From the IMG/VR virus record IMGVR_UViG_3300031963_000006, positions 151,251 through 215,250 of that record: a stretch of DNA of 64,000 nt; one strand, 5' to 3'. Positions 21,208 through 31,908 of this stretch are shown in pieces. The notes under the pieces are model-generated. The model was not told the DNA's origin. It ran no database searches and worked only from the letters and a program-made list of their open reading frames with translations. Each line of letters opens with the position of its first letter. Position 1 is the stretch's first letter. A program made the position numbers and the translations under genes.

Positions 21208-22050
21208 ATGTTAAGCTATATAGGAGGAAAATCAAAAATAGGTAAGTGGATAGTTCCATATTACCCAACTGACATGGAAACATACGTGGAAACATTCGGA
21301 GGAATGTTTTGGTGTTTCTTTAATATGGATTTGAAACAATATCCCAACCTAAAAAGGGTTGTTTATAATGACTTCAATCCGCTAAATTACAATCTGTTTA
21401 TGTGTTTACAGAACCCAACAGTCTTGTTAAACGCAATAAATAATATACCTTGCCAACAACAAGGAGTTGAGGAGACACCGTCAATCTATCGAGAACAGTT
21501 TAACACATTCCAAAAAGAAATATTTGGAGATGGATTTACAATAAACTATCCAGATTATGATGTCGCCGCTAAGTATGCGTATGTTCTTACACAAGTGTTC
21601 AGTGGGTCAAAACCTGAAACAAGTTCGTTTATTGATTTGAAGGGTAAGTATAAATCAAAGTATCTTACGTTCAGAGACAAGTTATCAAAGCCTGATTGGG
21701 TGGAACACTTTAACAGGATAAGTCATTTTAGATTGGGGGATTTTGAGAATGTCATTAAGGAGTTCGATAGCCCAACAACTTATTTCTATTTGGACCCCCC
21801 GTATTGGAAGACCGAGAATTATTATTCAAATCACGACTTTGACCGTGACGACCACGAGAGACTGGCAAATGTGTTGAAAACTATTGAAGGAAAGTTTTCG
21901 TTATCTTACTATGATTTCGTACTTTTGCACGAGTGGTTTCCTGAAGACCAATATAGATGGGAAAAGAAAGAATTTGCTAAGGCCGCGGCCGCCAAAAAAG
22001 GACAGACCCAAAATATGGGAGAGGAACTACTTATTATGAATTATTTTTAA
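21208..22050 (+). CDS. DNA adenine methyltransferase (D12/Dam family)
   Basis: YIGGKS, ETFGG, NDFN, DPPY. Confidence 0.9.
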   Translation: MLSYIGGKSKIGKWIVPYYPTDMETYVETFGGMFWCFFNMDLKQYPNLKRVVYNDFNPLNYNLFMCLQNPTVLLNAINNIPCQQQGVEETPSIYREQFNTFQKEIFGDGFTINYPDYDVAAKYAYVLTQVFSGSKPETSSFIDLKGKYKSKYLTFRDKLSKPDWVEHFNRISHFRLGDFENVIKEFDSPTTYFYLDPPYWKTENYYSNHDFDRDDHERLANVLKTIEGKFSLSYYDFVLLHEWFPEDQYRWEKKEFAKAAAAKKGQTQNMGEELLIMNYF

Positions 22051-22083
22051 TTTATTTGATATTTATTAAGTAAAAACATTCAA

Positions 22084-23475
22084 ATGAGATTTACACAACT
22101 TCTAACAAATTTGATTTTGGAACAATCACGTTTCCAAGTTCTGTATGACAAAATGGTTAAACCCGCAAAAGGTTCTGACGAGGAGGGTAAAAAGGCAAAA
22201 GGATTGATGCCCTTTGAAGTATTAAAACATATTATTTTTGCTGACCCAACCACAGTAGGCCCAAGATTTACAGATAATGAAAGTCGCTTGGAGTTTATAT
22301 TAACTGCCACAGAGGAAGAAATGGAGAAAGTTAAAGTTGGTAAGTATACTCAATGGTTGTTGAAGAATTTTGTGGCTCCTACGTTTGATGACATAGATGA
22401 GAGAGCTAATATAGAAAAAGGTACTACCGAGTATAAAAGAATGATGAAAGATTATCAAAGTTTGTTCTTGGAAGACTTACACAAAATTACCGAAGACCTT
22501 AAAAAGTACGAGAGATTTAAGAATCAGTTACCTCAAGATAAAAGAGATATCAATAAAATCTCCGCTAGTGAACTTTATGATTTGGTTAAAGATTTTAAAT
22601 TAGAAAAGACCAAAGCATCCAAAGAGGAAAAAGAACAAGCTAAAACATCATACCAATATCCTGGTAGTGAAATCATGTACAGAGGTTCTGATTGGACTTT
22701 GATTAAGATTGAAGATAAAGGTGAGATTGGAAAAAATGCCGCAATATTTTTCGGAGGTTACCAAGATGGAGATAATGGTGAATCAAGATGGTGTACATCC
22801 GCACCTGGATTAAGTTACTTTAATACATACATTAAAGATGGACCTTTGTATGTTGTTTTACCAAACGATGATAAAGGACAAGTTGGTAAAAGAACAGGAC
22901 TTCCAGTTGAAAGATATCAGTTTCACTTCCCATCTAATCAATTTATGGATAGACACGATAGAACTGTAAGTTTAGTTGAATTGTTAAATGGAAAAATGTC
23001 TGAACTTAAAGAGTTCTTTAAACCTGAATTTGCAAAAGGTTTGGTAAGTAAAGGTGGAAATAAAGTTGAAGTTAATTATCCTGATAGTTCGGCGGGTAAG
23101 TTTATTGCTCTATACGGATTTGAAGAATTATTTGAAAGTTTACCTGATACAATTGAACATCTTATTGTTACAAACAAATCAAAAGAAAATATTGCTTTGG
23201 ATGTTCCAGAAAGTATCACAAGATTTAAGAACCTTGATGCGTTACTAATGTCAAATATTGTTAGAACATTACCTGAAAATTTGGGTGACCTGAAAAATTT
23301 GAAGTTTTTGAATTTGGCAAATAACAAAGATTTAGTATCTTTGCCAGAATCAATCAAGGACATACCTAATTTGGCCCTACTCAACCTTAAAGGAGCAAAT
23401 CCAAATGTTGAGATACCACCGGCACTTAAAGAGGTATTGTCTGACGAAGGAGAAGGATTTTACTATCTTACTTAA
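22084..23475 (+). CDS. Protein with a WCTSA-motif domain and C-terminal leucine-rich repeats
   Basis: LPENLGDLKNLKFLNLANNKDLVSLPESIKDIPNLALLNL; TATTTAT upstream. Confidence 0.8.
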   Translation: MRFTQLLTNLILEQSRFQVLYDKMVKPAKGSDEEGKKAKGLMPFEVLKHIIFADPTTVGPRFTDNESRLEFILTATEEEMEKVKVGKYTQWLLKNFVAPTFDDIDERANIEKGTTEYKRMMKDYQSLFLEDLHKITEDLKKYERFKNQLPQDKRDINKISASELYDLVKDFKLEKTKASKEEKEQAKTSYQYPGSEIMYRGSDWTLIKIEDKGEIGKNAAIFFGGYQDGDNGESRWCTSAPGLSYFNTYIKDGPLYVVLPNDDKGQVGKRTGLPVERYQFHFPSNQFMDRHDRTVSLVELLNGKMSELKEFFKPEFAKGLVSKGGNKVEVNYPDSSAGKFIALYGFEELFESLPDTIEHLIVTNKSKENIALDVPESITRFKNLDALLMSNIVRTLPENLGDLKNLKFLNLANNKDLVSLPESIKDIPNLALLNLKGANPNVEIPPALKEVLSDEGEGFYYLT

Positions 23476-23487
23476 AAAATATTTTGT

Positions 23488-23778
23488 ATGAAGAACATTG
23501 ATGTTGAAATTTACCTAAACCAACTTATCTCATTTTTTGAGAAAAACCCAAACGATTTGACCGAACTTATTGGAACTTCAATGAAAGAGACCTTTTTTGA
23601 TAAAGTAAGGGAAGCCTGTACTGAAAATGTTGAAAATGGAGACGAAGTAACTCTAACAAATCAACAATTAATTAATATTGTATTGGATATCAAAGGTGTT
23701 AAAGGTACCAAAGAAGAATTGGAAGTTATTAACAAAATATTTGTTAAAAACAAGTTCGGAACTTTTTGTTTAAATTAA
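23488..23778 (+). CDS. Hypothetical protein
   Basis: ORF. Confidence 0.7.
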   Translation: MKNIDVEIYLNQLISFFEKNPNDLTELIGTSMKETFFDKVREACTENVENGDEVTLTNQQLINIVLDIKGVKGTKEELEVINKIFVKNKFGTFCLN

Positions 23779-23834
23779 TTTGGTGGGATAGAGTTTCCGC
23801 CATATATTTGTACCACAATTAAAAACAATAACCC

Positions 23835-24584
23835 ATGATGACAATCCAAGAACTTCAATCAGTAGCACCATCAGTATTCACCACAGAAAAATCCCCAAAA
23901 CTATCTGACCGTTATATGATGGTCCCAACCATTGATGTCGTAAATAAATTTATTGACGCAGGTTGGGAAATATCAAAAGCTAATCAAGTAGGTTCGGGTC
24001 CGTTTGGACGACACTCAGTTCGTATGAGGAACTCAGTCCTACCAAAAGTCGGTGATTCTTTGGTTGAGGCTATTATTACCAACTCACACAATGGTACATC
24101 TAAACTCGAAATCGGAGCAGGACTATTCCGACTCGTATGTTCCAACGGGCTTGTTATTTCACAACAAGAATTGATTTCACTCAATCAACGTCACATGAAA
24201 ATCTCAATGGACGAGGTTGAGATGATTACTGAGACATTCATCAAGTCAACTCCTGTGATAGAACGTTCTGTTAACCGTATGACTGAGGTTAAGATGGATA
24301 CAGACAAACAGGTTGACTTTGCAACCAAGGCGATGGGAATCCGATGGAAGAATACCGAGGATATCTCAACAATGACCATCGATAGTATTCTTAATCCAAT
24401 CCGTCGTGATGACATGGACCCGACACTTTGGAACACATTCAATGTAGTTCAAGAGAAACTAATTCGTGGTGGTTTTGTTAAACAACAGAGTAACAAAACA
24501 CGTCAGGTGAAACCAATCACATCCCTGACTATGGACACCATGATTAACCAAAAATTGTGGGAACTCGCTGAGTCCTACATCTAA
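23835..24584 (+). CDS. DUF932/DUF945-family protein
   Basis: NSHNGTS, AGLFRLVCSNG, LWNTFNVVQE; host-type TATATTTG promoter upstream. Confidence 0.85.
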   Translation: MMTIQELQSVAPSVFTTEKSPKLSDRYMMVPTIDVVNKFIDAGWEISKANQVGSGPFGRHSVRMRNSVLPKVGDSLVEAIITNSHNGTSKLEIGAGLFRLVCSNGLVISQQELISLNQRHMKISMDEVEMITETFIKSTPVIERSVNRMTEVKMDTDKQVDFATKAMGIRWKNTEDISTMTIDSILNPIRRDDMDPTLWNTFNVVQEKLIRGGFVKQQSNKTRQVKPITSLTMDTMINQKLWELAESYI

Positions 24585-24591
24585 TTAAACA

Positions 24592-24616
24592 TGGGGGAGG
24601 AAACTCCCCCACTTTT
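24592..24616 (+). terminator. Intrinsic terminator
   Basis: tgggggag-GAAA-ctccccca followed by ctttt. Confidence 0.75.
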
Positions 24617-24627
24617 AACTTTATTTT

Positions 24628-26352
24628 ATGGAAGAAGTATTTGGTAAAAAATTTGAAACTCATAAGGTCATAGAATATTATGACTTCAATCCCCTTAAGG
24701 AACCAGTCCCTGAGGGAGAAATCGATGTTTTCGGTTTGTATCCTTTTCTTTATAACCCACCTGTAACGGTATGGAATGAAAAAAGGAGGTCTGAAAGTAA
24801 TGAAGATTTTGAGGTAAATAAAACCAATACTTTATGTAGGTTGGAACACAAGAGACTTAGCGTGTTTGTGGTTAAAAATGAGAACAAAATCACCCTCAAA
24901 TGGTTTTTGTATGCAAGAATAAAAGCAGTTGGTAAAAAGTATTACAAAATTACAACTAATTGTTCTTATATTTCTTATAACATTAAAAAGAACTGTTTGT
25001 ACGTAGGTTCAATTAATAACTTCCATAAGAAAAGAAAAACCTCAAAGTCAGTAAGGATTTTTACTTTCACAACTGACATAGTTAGAGATAAAATTAGTAG
25101 TATTAATTTACTGTTTAATCACATATTTGAGGACCATCCCGGTAAAAAAGTAAACGTAACAATTGGTCACGATGCATTCAGAGAGTTTTTATCCCACATA
25201 CCAAAAATAAGATATGAGGAAAACAAAATCTCTACACAGACTTTGTATGGCACCATTCTAAATAACAAAGGTATAAAACTTTGTAACAATTGGGGAGTCT
25301 TTGGTAACATGTGGCCTCAACCAAAAACTATAGATTACAAAAAGAATGGACCAAAGTATTTGGACTCTATTATGAAACTTAACGGTTTAAGTGGGGATAA
25401 AATTAAACGGGTACTACACAGAGTTAGACATTTTAATGCGGACTTTTTTAAAACCGCCGTAAATTTATTCGGGAATGATTTTATTTTGGGTCAAAGTGAT
25501 GACGTGGTTCAAATTTTATTTGAATGTACAGTTAATTCTGAACCACGTATGGATTTCTCAGTTATAACATCTAAAAAGGAACGTAATAATATTTTTGAGA
25601 TATTCAAATTGGTTGCCAAAAATGAGGTGGACCTCCACACATTTTCCGACCACATAACCTTCATTAAAAACATTCGACGATTTGAGGATGTTAGATGGAA
25701 CTCAACAACTTATGATGAGTTTAGGGAAGAACATTTGAATTTAACTGAACTTAATCAATATTATACCAAAGGAACCTTCCGTAGAATTTACGGAGATAGA
25801 TTTGAGGATTATCTAACTCAACCGATTAAGGATGGGGATAACACATATTACCCTGTAATACTTAAAACCTCCAAAGAGTATAACACAGAGTCCTTCATTC
25901 AATCTAATTGTGTGAAAGGTTATATTCAAAGAGCTGAGGCCTTAATTATTTCCTTCAGAAAGAATGACCCTGAATCAAAGGAAAGAGCCACGGTTGAATA
26001 CAAAATCCTCAAAGAAAAAGAAATTGAAATCCAAAGGGTACAAACCAGAGGAAGGTTTAATAAAGATTTAGAGGAGAGTTGGGAAATACCACTTCAAATA
26101 TTAGATAAGAGAATGTTTGAATCCACCGAATACAATTTATTTGAGTTACCTAAGATTGTTTGTAAAGTTGGAAACAAAGAATTTATTTCTGGCTCAATAT
26201 TCGAAAAACCACAAAGTTATAGTGGTTTAAGATATCAAATGTATGTATTAAATGCGACTGACATCTTAGTTTGGGAGGATAAAAAGGTTTTAAATATTGA
26301 TTATAGTGGTAATGATTTAGTTACTATTTTAGATGATGATTTAAATTTCTAA
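24628..26352 (+). CDS. PcfJ-like protein
   Basis: ESFIQSNCVKGY, RATVEY, QTRGRFN. Confidence 0.7.
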   Translation: MEEVFGKKFETHKVIEYYDFNPLKEPVPEGEIDVFGLYPFLYNPPVTVWNEKRRSESNEDFEVNKTNTLCRLEHKRLSVFVVKNENKITLKWFLYARIKAVGKKYYKITTNCSYISYNIKKNCLYVGSINNFHKKRKTSKSVRIFTFTTDIVRDKISSINLLFNHIFEDHPGKKVNVTIGHDAFREFLSHIPKIRYEENKISTQTLYGTILNNKGIKLCNNWGVFGNMWPQPKTIDYKKNGPKYLDSIMKLNGLSGDKIKRVLHRVRHFNADFFKTAVNLFGNDFILGQSDDVVQILFECTVNSEPRMDFSVITSKKERNNIFEIFKLVAKNEVDLHTFSDHITFIKNIRRFEDVRWNSTTYDEFREEHLNLTELNQYYTKGTFRRIYGDRFEDYLTQPIKDGDNTYYPVILKTSKEYNTESFIQSNCVKGYIQRAEALIISFRKNDPESKERATVEYKILKEKEIEIQRVQTRGRFNKDLEESWEIPLQILDKRMFESTEYNLFELPKIVCKVGNKEFISGSIFEKPQSYSGLRYQMYVLNATDILVWEDKKVLNIDYSGNDLVTILDDDLNF

Positions 26353-26353
26353 T

Positions 26354-26671
26354 ATGATTGAAATACCTAAATTTTGTGTTGACAAATTTAAAACCACATT
26401 TGGTTATGAACCGTCATTTATTCAAATAAAGATGGATAACGATGAACGTATTGAAAAACTAACTTCTAAATCAAGAACAATATGGTTTTCATCCGTTTTT
26501 AGATATAACGGTGTGTTTATAAAAGAGAAATTAGTTGAATATGATGCGATGGGTATCTATATTTATATTTTAAGAGATGACGAATCTCCTATAACCGATG
26601 TGACATTCATGACCACTATTGATAGACAAAGTGTTTCAGAATTCACAATACACAATCTAAATAAAAAATAA
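26354..26671 (+). CDS. Hypothetical protein
   Basis: ORF. Confidence 0.7.
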   Translation: MIEIPKFCVDKFKTTFGYEPSFIQIKMDNDERIEKLTSKSRTIWFSSVFRYNGVFIKEKLVEYDAMGIYIYILRDDESPITDVTFMTTIDRQSVSEFTIHNLNKK

Positions 26672-26710
26672 AATTTAGGCACAATGGTGATATTTATACA
26701 AAAGACACCA

Positions 26711-27370
26711 ATGAGCACAGAAAAAGGAAAAATATACAAAATAACAAACTTAGTTAATGGTTTGATTTATATTGGGTGTACTGTGAATCCAATCAAACAC
26801 AGATTCGAAGAACATTTGTATAGATGTCTCAAAACTGATTATAAGTCAAAGTTATACAATTCAATAAAAAAATACGGTAAAGAAAATTTTACTATAGAAT
26901 TGATTGAAGAATGTGACTTGAATATTATTTACGAAACCGAAAAAAAATATATTGAAAAATATGATACTTTTAAAAATGGTTTAAATTCAACATTAGGAGG
27001 AGAAGGTTGTTTAGGATATGTTCATTCTGATGATATAAGAAAAAAAATATCGGAAAATACTAAAAAAGGAAATTCTCATAAAGGAAAGACTTATGAACAA
27101 TTATATGGTGATAGAGCCGAAGAGGAAAAATTAAAAAGGAGAGAAAATTCGGAATGGAAAGAAATGACCGAAGAAGAAAGAAAAAAAAGAGTAGAAAATA
27201 TTAAAATTGGAAATAGAAAAAAATCAAAGTACAGTTTTGAATTAGTAAAAGAAATTAAACAAAAAATAAATGAAGGGTTCAAAATAAAAGAACTTAAAAA
27301 ATTATATCCCCAAGTCTACGAAAATTTTTTCTATGATTTGAAAAATAATAGAAGATGGTCGGATATATAA
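26711..27370 (+). CDS. Free-standing GIY-YIG homing endonuclease (NUMOD3-like)
   Basis: GKIYKITN...IYIG, GLNSTLGGEG, HSDDIRKKIS; own TATTTAT promoter. Confidence 0.85.
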   Translation: MSTEKGKIYKITNLVNGLIYIGCTVNPIKHRFEEHLYRCLKTDYKSKLYNSIKKYGKENFTIELIEECDLNIIYETEKKYIEKYDTFKNGLNSTLGGEGCLGYVHSDDIRKKISENTKKGNSHKGKTYEQLYGDRAEEEKLKRRENSEWKEMTEEERKKRVENIKIGNRKKSKYSFELVKEIKQKINEGFKIKELKKLYPQVYENFFYDLKNNRRWSDI

Positions 27371-27383
27371 AAAAACAAAAAAT

Positions 27384-27707
27384 ATGGAAATAGGAACGCA
27401 AGAACTAAAGGAAAAAATTCAAAAAGGGGAAAAATTAATTGTCGACTTTTATGGAAGTTGGTGTGGTCCCTGTAAAATCTTAAAACCAATTTATGAAAAA
27501 GTTGCTAAAGATTTGGAAAATCAAAAATCTGAAGTAAAACTTTACACTATGGATGTCGATAAAAATAGAGAAATGGCGGCGTCATTAGGTATTAGAAGTG
27601 TGCCAACCGTAAAAAGTTTTGCGAATGGTAAAGAAATGAACACTAAAGTGGGATTGTTACAGGAAAATATGATATTAGATTTAGCAAAAAATTTATTAAA
27701 TGGATAA
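27384..27707 (+). CDS. trxA: Thioredoxin
   Basis: WCGPC, IRSVPT. Confidence 0.92.
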   Translation: MEIGTQELKEKIQKGEKLIVDFYGSWCGPCKILKPIYEKVAKDLENQKSEVKLYTMDVDKNREMAASLGIRSVPTVKSFANGKEMNTKVGLLQENMILDLAKNLLNG

Positions 27708-27981
27708 GATTGTAGTTGTGTTCACAATGAAAACATGTGGATTCTGTGAACAATTTAAAACAAAATTGACTGAGAATAACATTGGGTTCGTAAATAGAGA
27801 TATTAACGAAAACAAAGAGGAATATGACGCTTTCGTGAAAGCCACGGGAAATGATTTTGTTCCTTCTTTTATGGTTATAGAATCTCCGAATGAAAATCCA
27901 AAGTCGTATTTGTACGCACCTGGAAAAGATTTCGAAGATTTGGACAAAGCTTTAGGTATTATCAAAGAACACTTAGGTTAG
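27700..27981 (+). CDS. Glutaredoxin-like protein
   Basis: CGFC, FVP. Confidence 0.8.
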   Translation: MDKIVVVFTMKTCGFCEQFKTKLTENNIGFVNRDINENKEEYDAFVKATGNDFVPSFMVIESPNENPKSYLYAPGKDFEDLDKALGIIKEHLG

Positions 27982-27983
27982 TT

Positions 27984-28508
27984 ATGAACCTTTCTTTTAG
28001 AAAAAAAGGAGTATTACACGTACCTGTCAACTCATGGGAGTTGGATGATGGTAATACCGTTGTTATATATCAGGGTTCGCGTGGTGCGAATCCTGATTTA
28101 GATTTTATTGTCAAATATAAAGCTCCGAATAAAAGATTGAGAGCACCATCCCATACTCATTGGATTGTTGATTTAATTATCAAATCTAAGTTTGCTCCCG
28201 ATGAACTATGTTTATTTGTAAATGAATGGATTGAACTCTATGATGTTATTGAACCGTTCAAAACGGTTGAAGAGAGGGGTAACTACCAATTGATATATAA
28301 AGACTACTTCAATGAAAAACATTTTACGTTAGATAATTTGGGAGAATTTTCACTCGAGTTTGTTTCTACACTTATTGAGTTATTTATACGTTGTGAAAAA
28401 CAAACGCCAAACGCGTTCATGTTCAAAAATCTACTCCAACTCATGAGTGATTATTGTCAAAATAAAAAAGATTTCTATCAAGTCGTATCTTACTCAAAAA
28501 GAGTTTAG
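27984..28508 (+). CDS. Hypothetical protein
   Basis: ORF. Confidence 0.75.
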   Translation: MNLSFRKKGVLHVPVNSWELDDGNTVVIYQGSRGANPDLDFIVKYKAPNKRLRAPSHTHWIVDLIIKSKFAPDELCLFVNEWIELYDVIEPFKTVEERGNYQLIYKDYFNEKHFTLDNLGEFSLEFVSTLIELFIRCEKQTPNAFMFKNLLQLMSDYCQNKKDFYQVVSYSKRV

Positions 28509-29329
28509 ATAATATACAACTCTGAAATTCTATCTTTAATCAGCCAAGGTTTGGTTTCTAATTGACTATCAATTTCTTTGGACAAGTCGTACTTCTTAAG
28601 TGTTGTATTTCTGAATCTTTGTATATTGAAGTCAAATACATCTAAAACCATTGAACGAACTTGTTCAGTTAAGTATGGAGATGAGGAGATAATCTGAATA
28701 TCTAAATCACTGTTATCGTCTTTAATATCACTGATTTTAAATGTAATCTTATCTGTCTTGATTGATGAGAATAATTGGTTACAAATATATTCAGAATAAT
28801 ACATATGGGCTCTCCCAGTATCTAAACCATAACCATATGGGAATTCTGATGTAACACATATGAAATTTTCAGTGAAAAAAGAATTGGGTTCAGGTAAATC
28901 GTTGTATTCCAAATCAAACGTTAATTCTTTTTTAAAGTCTAAACTGTTGAAGGTTAATTCTTTGTGATTATATACATAATTCAGTACTCTATCATGAAAC
29001 ATCGGACGAGGAGTACTGTGAAATTCAAAATAGTATTCGTAAGTTTCTTTCCAATAACTCTCATCATATTTTATCAAATCAATGGTATTGAGTCTTTCAT
29101 AATTTAAATCCACCATAGTTTGTTTATTCTCCTCGTAAAATCTTTCTTTGAGTTCAGTTAAATCGATTACGTTTTTTGATTCAGTTTTACCCGCAACAAT
29201 CAAAAAATTTTTGAAATCAGAAACTTCAATTATCGTTTTATATTTTTTTTCTTTCTGAATCTCACAAAGAATAAAATCCGCAAACTTATTCACAATACCT
29301 CTTCTCGATTTTGGATTAATGTACCTCAT
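28505..29329 (-). CDS. Hypothetical protein, weak resemblance to the SAM-synthetase fold
   Basis: VNKFADFIL, IVAGKTES, FPYGY. Confidence 0.6.
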   Translation of the reverse strand: MRYINPKSRRGIVNKFADFILCEIQKEKKYKTIIEVSDFKNFLIVAGKTESKNVIDLTELKERFYEENKQTMVDLNYERLNTIDLIKYDESYWKETYEYYFEFHSTPRPMFHDRVLNYVYNHKELTFNSLDFKKELTFDLEYNDLPEPNSFFTENFICVTSEFPYGYGLDTGRAHMYYSEYICNQLFSSIKTDKITFKISDIKDDNSDLDIQIISSSPYLTEQVRSMVLDVFDFNIQRFRNTTLKKYDLSKEIDSQLETKPWLIKDRISELYII

Positions 29330-29386
29330 ATAAAATGTTTTTGAAATAGATAAACAAAAAAATTCAAATCCTAAATACTTTAAATT

Positions 29387-29412
29387 AAAAAAGGGGTCAA
29401 AACCCCTTTTTT
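29387..29412. terminator. Symmetric intrinsic terminator
   Basis: aaaaaagggg-tcaaaa-cccctttttt. Confidence 0.7.
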
Positions 29413-29426
29413 AATTTTTCGAAAAA

Positions 29427-29588
29427 TTACTTTTTGTAGTATTTCTCCACTGTCTTCCTAATAGACTCCTGAATATTTTGATTGTTACTCGGTGGTGGAG
29501 CCTGTTGAGGTTGAGGTTGTGGAGGAACCTGTTGACCCAACGGTTGAGGTTGAGCCTGATTACCTTTGTTTTTACATCCGCATCCCAT
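29427..29588 (-). CDS. 53-aa MGCGCK Gln/Pro-rich protein (not in the ORF track)
   Basis: TATTTAT upstream and a terminator directly downstream. Confidence 0.7.
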   Translation of the reverse strand: MGCGCKNKGNQAQPQPLGQQVPPQPQPQQAPPPSNNQNIQESIRKTVEKYYKK

Positions 29589-29680
29589 ATCTTTTTATTT
29601 TTAAACGTTTATATATCATAAATATCTAAATTTGGTATATATTGTAAATATTTTATTTGAATTAACAAATATTTATGATT

Positions 29681-31075
29681 ATGACAAAAAGTCTTAGTTT
29701 TAAAAATACCGTAAAAAATATATTGATAGAACAGAATGAAGAAGAGTTCTACAAAATTTCACCTGAAGAGTTTACAGAACTAATGAAGTTTGGAAGTTAT
29801 AATGGTAAAGGTGTGAGTAAACTTAAAATGTTCGGAGGTAAACCAATATGGATTACTGGTAATTTAGATTTGTCAAATACACCAACAGACTCGTTGGGTA
29901 ATGTTAAATATGTTGAGGGTAGATTAGATATCAGTAGAACAAATATTAGTGATTTGTCAGGTGTTAAGGTTAAAGGGTATATTTGGGATGGAGGTTCACC
30001 TATTGAAAAAAAGAGACTTGCGGCCATTTTAAAGGAAAAGATGAGAGAGGCCGATGAAAGAAGACAAAGAGATGAATGGAGTATAGATGGAGGAGACGAA
30101 ATAGGTTTAAGAGCCCAAGCGTTATATAAAAATTTGATAAATGATGAAAAAATTTTCGCCCCAACAGGAGAATACGTAGGAGAAATAGAAGGTTTAAAGG
30201 CCGACTTGGAGGAATTAACTATTAGGTATAATGAAACTGAAGGGGAAGACGATGAATTATATAATAAGATAAGTGATATAGAAGAGAGAATTAACGAACT
30301 CCAACAAGGAGTGGTGGATGTATATAACATAGTACCAATGAATTATAACTATTATGGTTTACCTCAGTTTGAAGTTATTGGTGTTGATGATTTAGTAGGG
30401 GAAGAATATGCGGTTGGTGATGAAAGTGAAATGGATGCCGCGGCACTTCAATACGCTAAAAATTATCTTGATGAAGCCGGTGTTGAAGGTTTAAGAGATT
30501 ATTTTATTGAGGACAATTTAGATACCGATGCGATTGAACAATATTTCAGAGATTTTTATGATGATGATGTTAGGAATAATCTTGAGGTTTATTTTGACGA
30601 AAGTGAACTACCTAACACAGAAGAACAAGAAGAAAGGAAACAGGAATTAGAGGAATACATTGACAAAGCAGAAGGAGTAGTTAAAAAATTTGAACAAAAA
30701 CAAGAAGACCTTAAAAATAAAATTGAAGACCCCGATGAATATACTAAACAGTATAACGAGATTCAATCAAAAATAGATATCATTCAAAATCATATTGATA
30801 ACTCACAAGAGGAAATTGATAATATAGAATCCACAGGACAGATAACTGAGGAGATGATTGAAGAAAAGATTGAGGATATGGTATCAGATAAAATGAGTGA
30901 CCCGAGGGGTTCTTTATCTGAATTTGGTATGGATATTAGTGAATATGTTGATATGGATTCACTGGCTGAAGCGCTTGCTGAAAGTGATGGATATGAAGTA
31001 TTAGCATCTTATGATGGAAGTTATGATGGTGAATACATTGACAACAAGTTTTACTACGTAATCAGAGTTAACTAA
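29681..31075 (+). CDS. Acidic protein with short LRR-like repeats and a coiled coil
   Basis: GNLDLSNT..LGNVKYVEGRLDISRT; TATTTAT 4 nt before the ATG. Confidence 0.8.
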   Translation: MTKSLSFKNTVKNILIEQNEEEFYKISPEEFTELMKFGSYNGKGVSKLKMFGGKPIWITGNLDLSNTPTDSLGNVKYVEGRLDISRTNISDLSGVKVKGYIWDGGSPIEKKRLAAILKEKMREADERRQRDEWSIDGGDEIGLRAQALYKNLINDEKIFAPTGEYVGEIEGLKADLEELTIRYNETEGEDDELYNKISDIEERINELQQGVVDVYNIVPMNYNYYGLPQFEVIGVDDLVGEEYAVGDESEMDAAALQYAKNYLDEAGVEGLRDYFIEDNLDTDAIEQYFRDFYDDDVRNNLEVYFDESELPNTEEQEERKQELEEYIDKAEGVVKKFEQKQEDLKNKIEDPDEYTKQYNEIQSKIDIIQNHIDNSQEEIDNIESTGQITEEMIEEKIEDMVSDKMSDPRGSLSEFGMDISEYVDMDSLAEALAESDGYEVLASYDGSYDGEYIDNKFYYVIRVN

Positions 31076-31116
31076 ATCTTTTTTTTATCACTAATATCAA
31101 CTATATTTGTGATAAC

Positions 31117-31908
31117 ATGTCTAAAAAAACCAAAAATAATAATTCGTTTGTAATGGATACCGATTGGCTCTTCAATGGGACAATCGACGCCGAACAAAAA
31201 GAATATGTACTTTTAGGTTATTTCCAAAAAATGAATAAAAATTTGGAGGAGATGAGAATTTACCCTATGTTTACCGAACTTTCAATACATTTGGGTAATA
31301 TTCAAACATTGTTAACTCAAAACAAAATATTATATACTGACAAAAAGTTAACTACAGATAATGATGAAATCTTCATTAAAGATTTGAAGGTTAAAGATAT
31401 ACCTGATTTAACTGATGAGGAATTTGCCGAGTATCAAAAAATAATCAAAGTAAGTCAACCAATGTTATTTGATTATTTTAATATTGCCAAATCATTGTGG
31501 TCTTTAGCTTATGACTCAGTAACTGTAAATGCTAAAAGAAATAAAAAGAATTTAACAAGTAAGACAGGATTTTATTACACAATTTATAAAGATAATCTTT
31601 ATGTTTGGAGATATACGATGAAAAAAATAAGGGGTTTTAACAACCAAATTAGAACCGATGCTAAGTTGATGTTTAGTGGAAGTCCTGATTCAACTGTTAT
31701 TAAGATTATTTCACAAACATCACCAACATATCGAAAAAACAACGAAAGTAAGTTACCTGTGATGGAAGTTGTTTGTCATGAAATGTTTCCATTAAATGAA
31801 ACATTGGTACCAATAATGAAAAGAAAAGTAGTATCTTTGATACACCAAAGTATGAAAGTTGAAAAGTTATTAGAAGAAAATAAAACTGTTGAAAATGGGG
31901 TTCAATAA
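31117..31908 (+). CDS. Hypothetical protein
   Basis: ORF; TATATTTG upstream. Confidence 0.75.
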   Translation: MSKKTKNNNSFVMDTDWLFNGTIDAEQKEYVLLGYFQKMNKNLEEMRIYPMFTELSIHLGNIQTLLTQNKILYTDKKLTTDNDEIFIKDLKVKDIPDLTDEEFAEYQKIIKVSQPMLFDYFNIAKSLWSLAYDSVTVNAKRNKKNLTSKTGFYYTIYKDNLYVWRYTMKKIRGFNNQIRTDAKLMFSGSPDSTVIKIISQTSPTYRKNNESKLPVMEVVCHEMFPLNETLVPIMKRKVVSLIHQSMKVEKLLEENKTVENGVQ

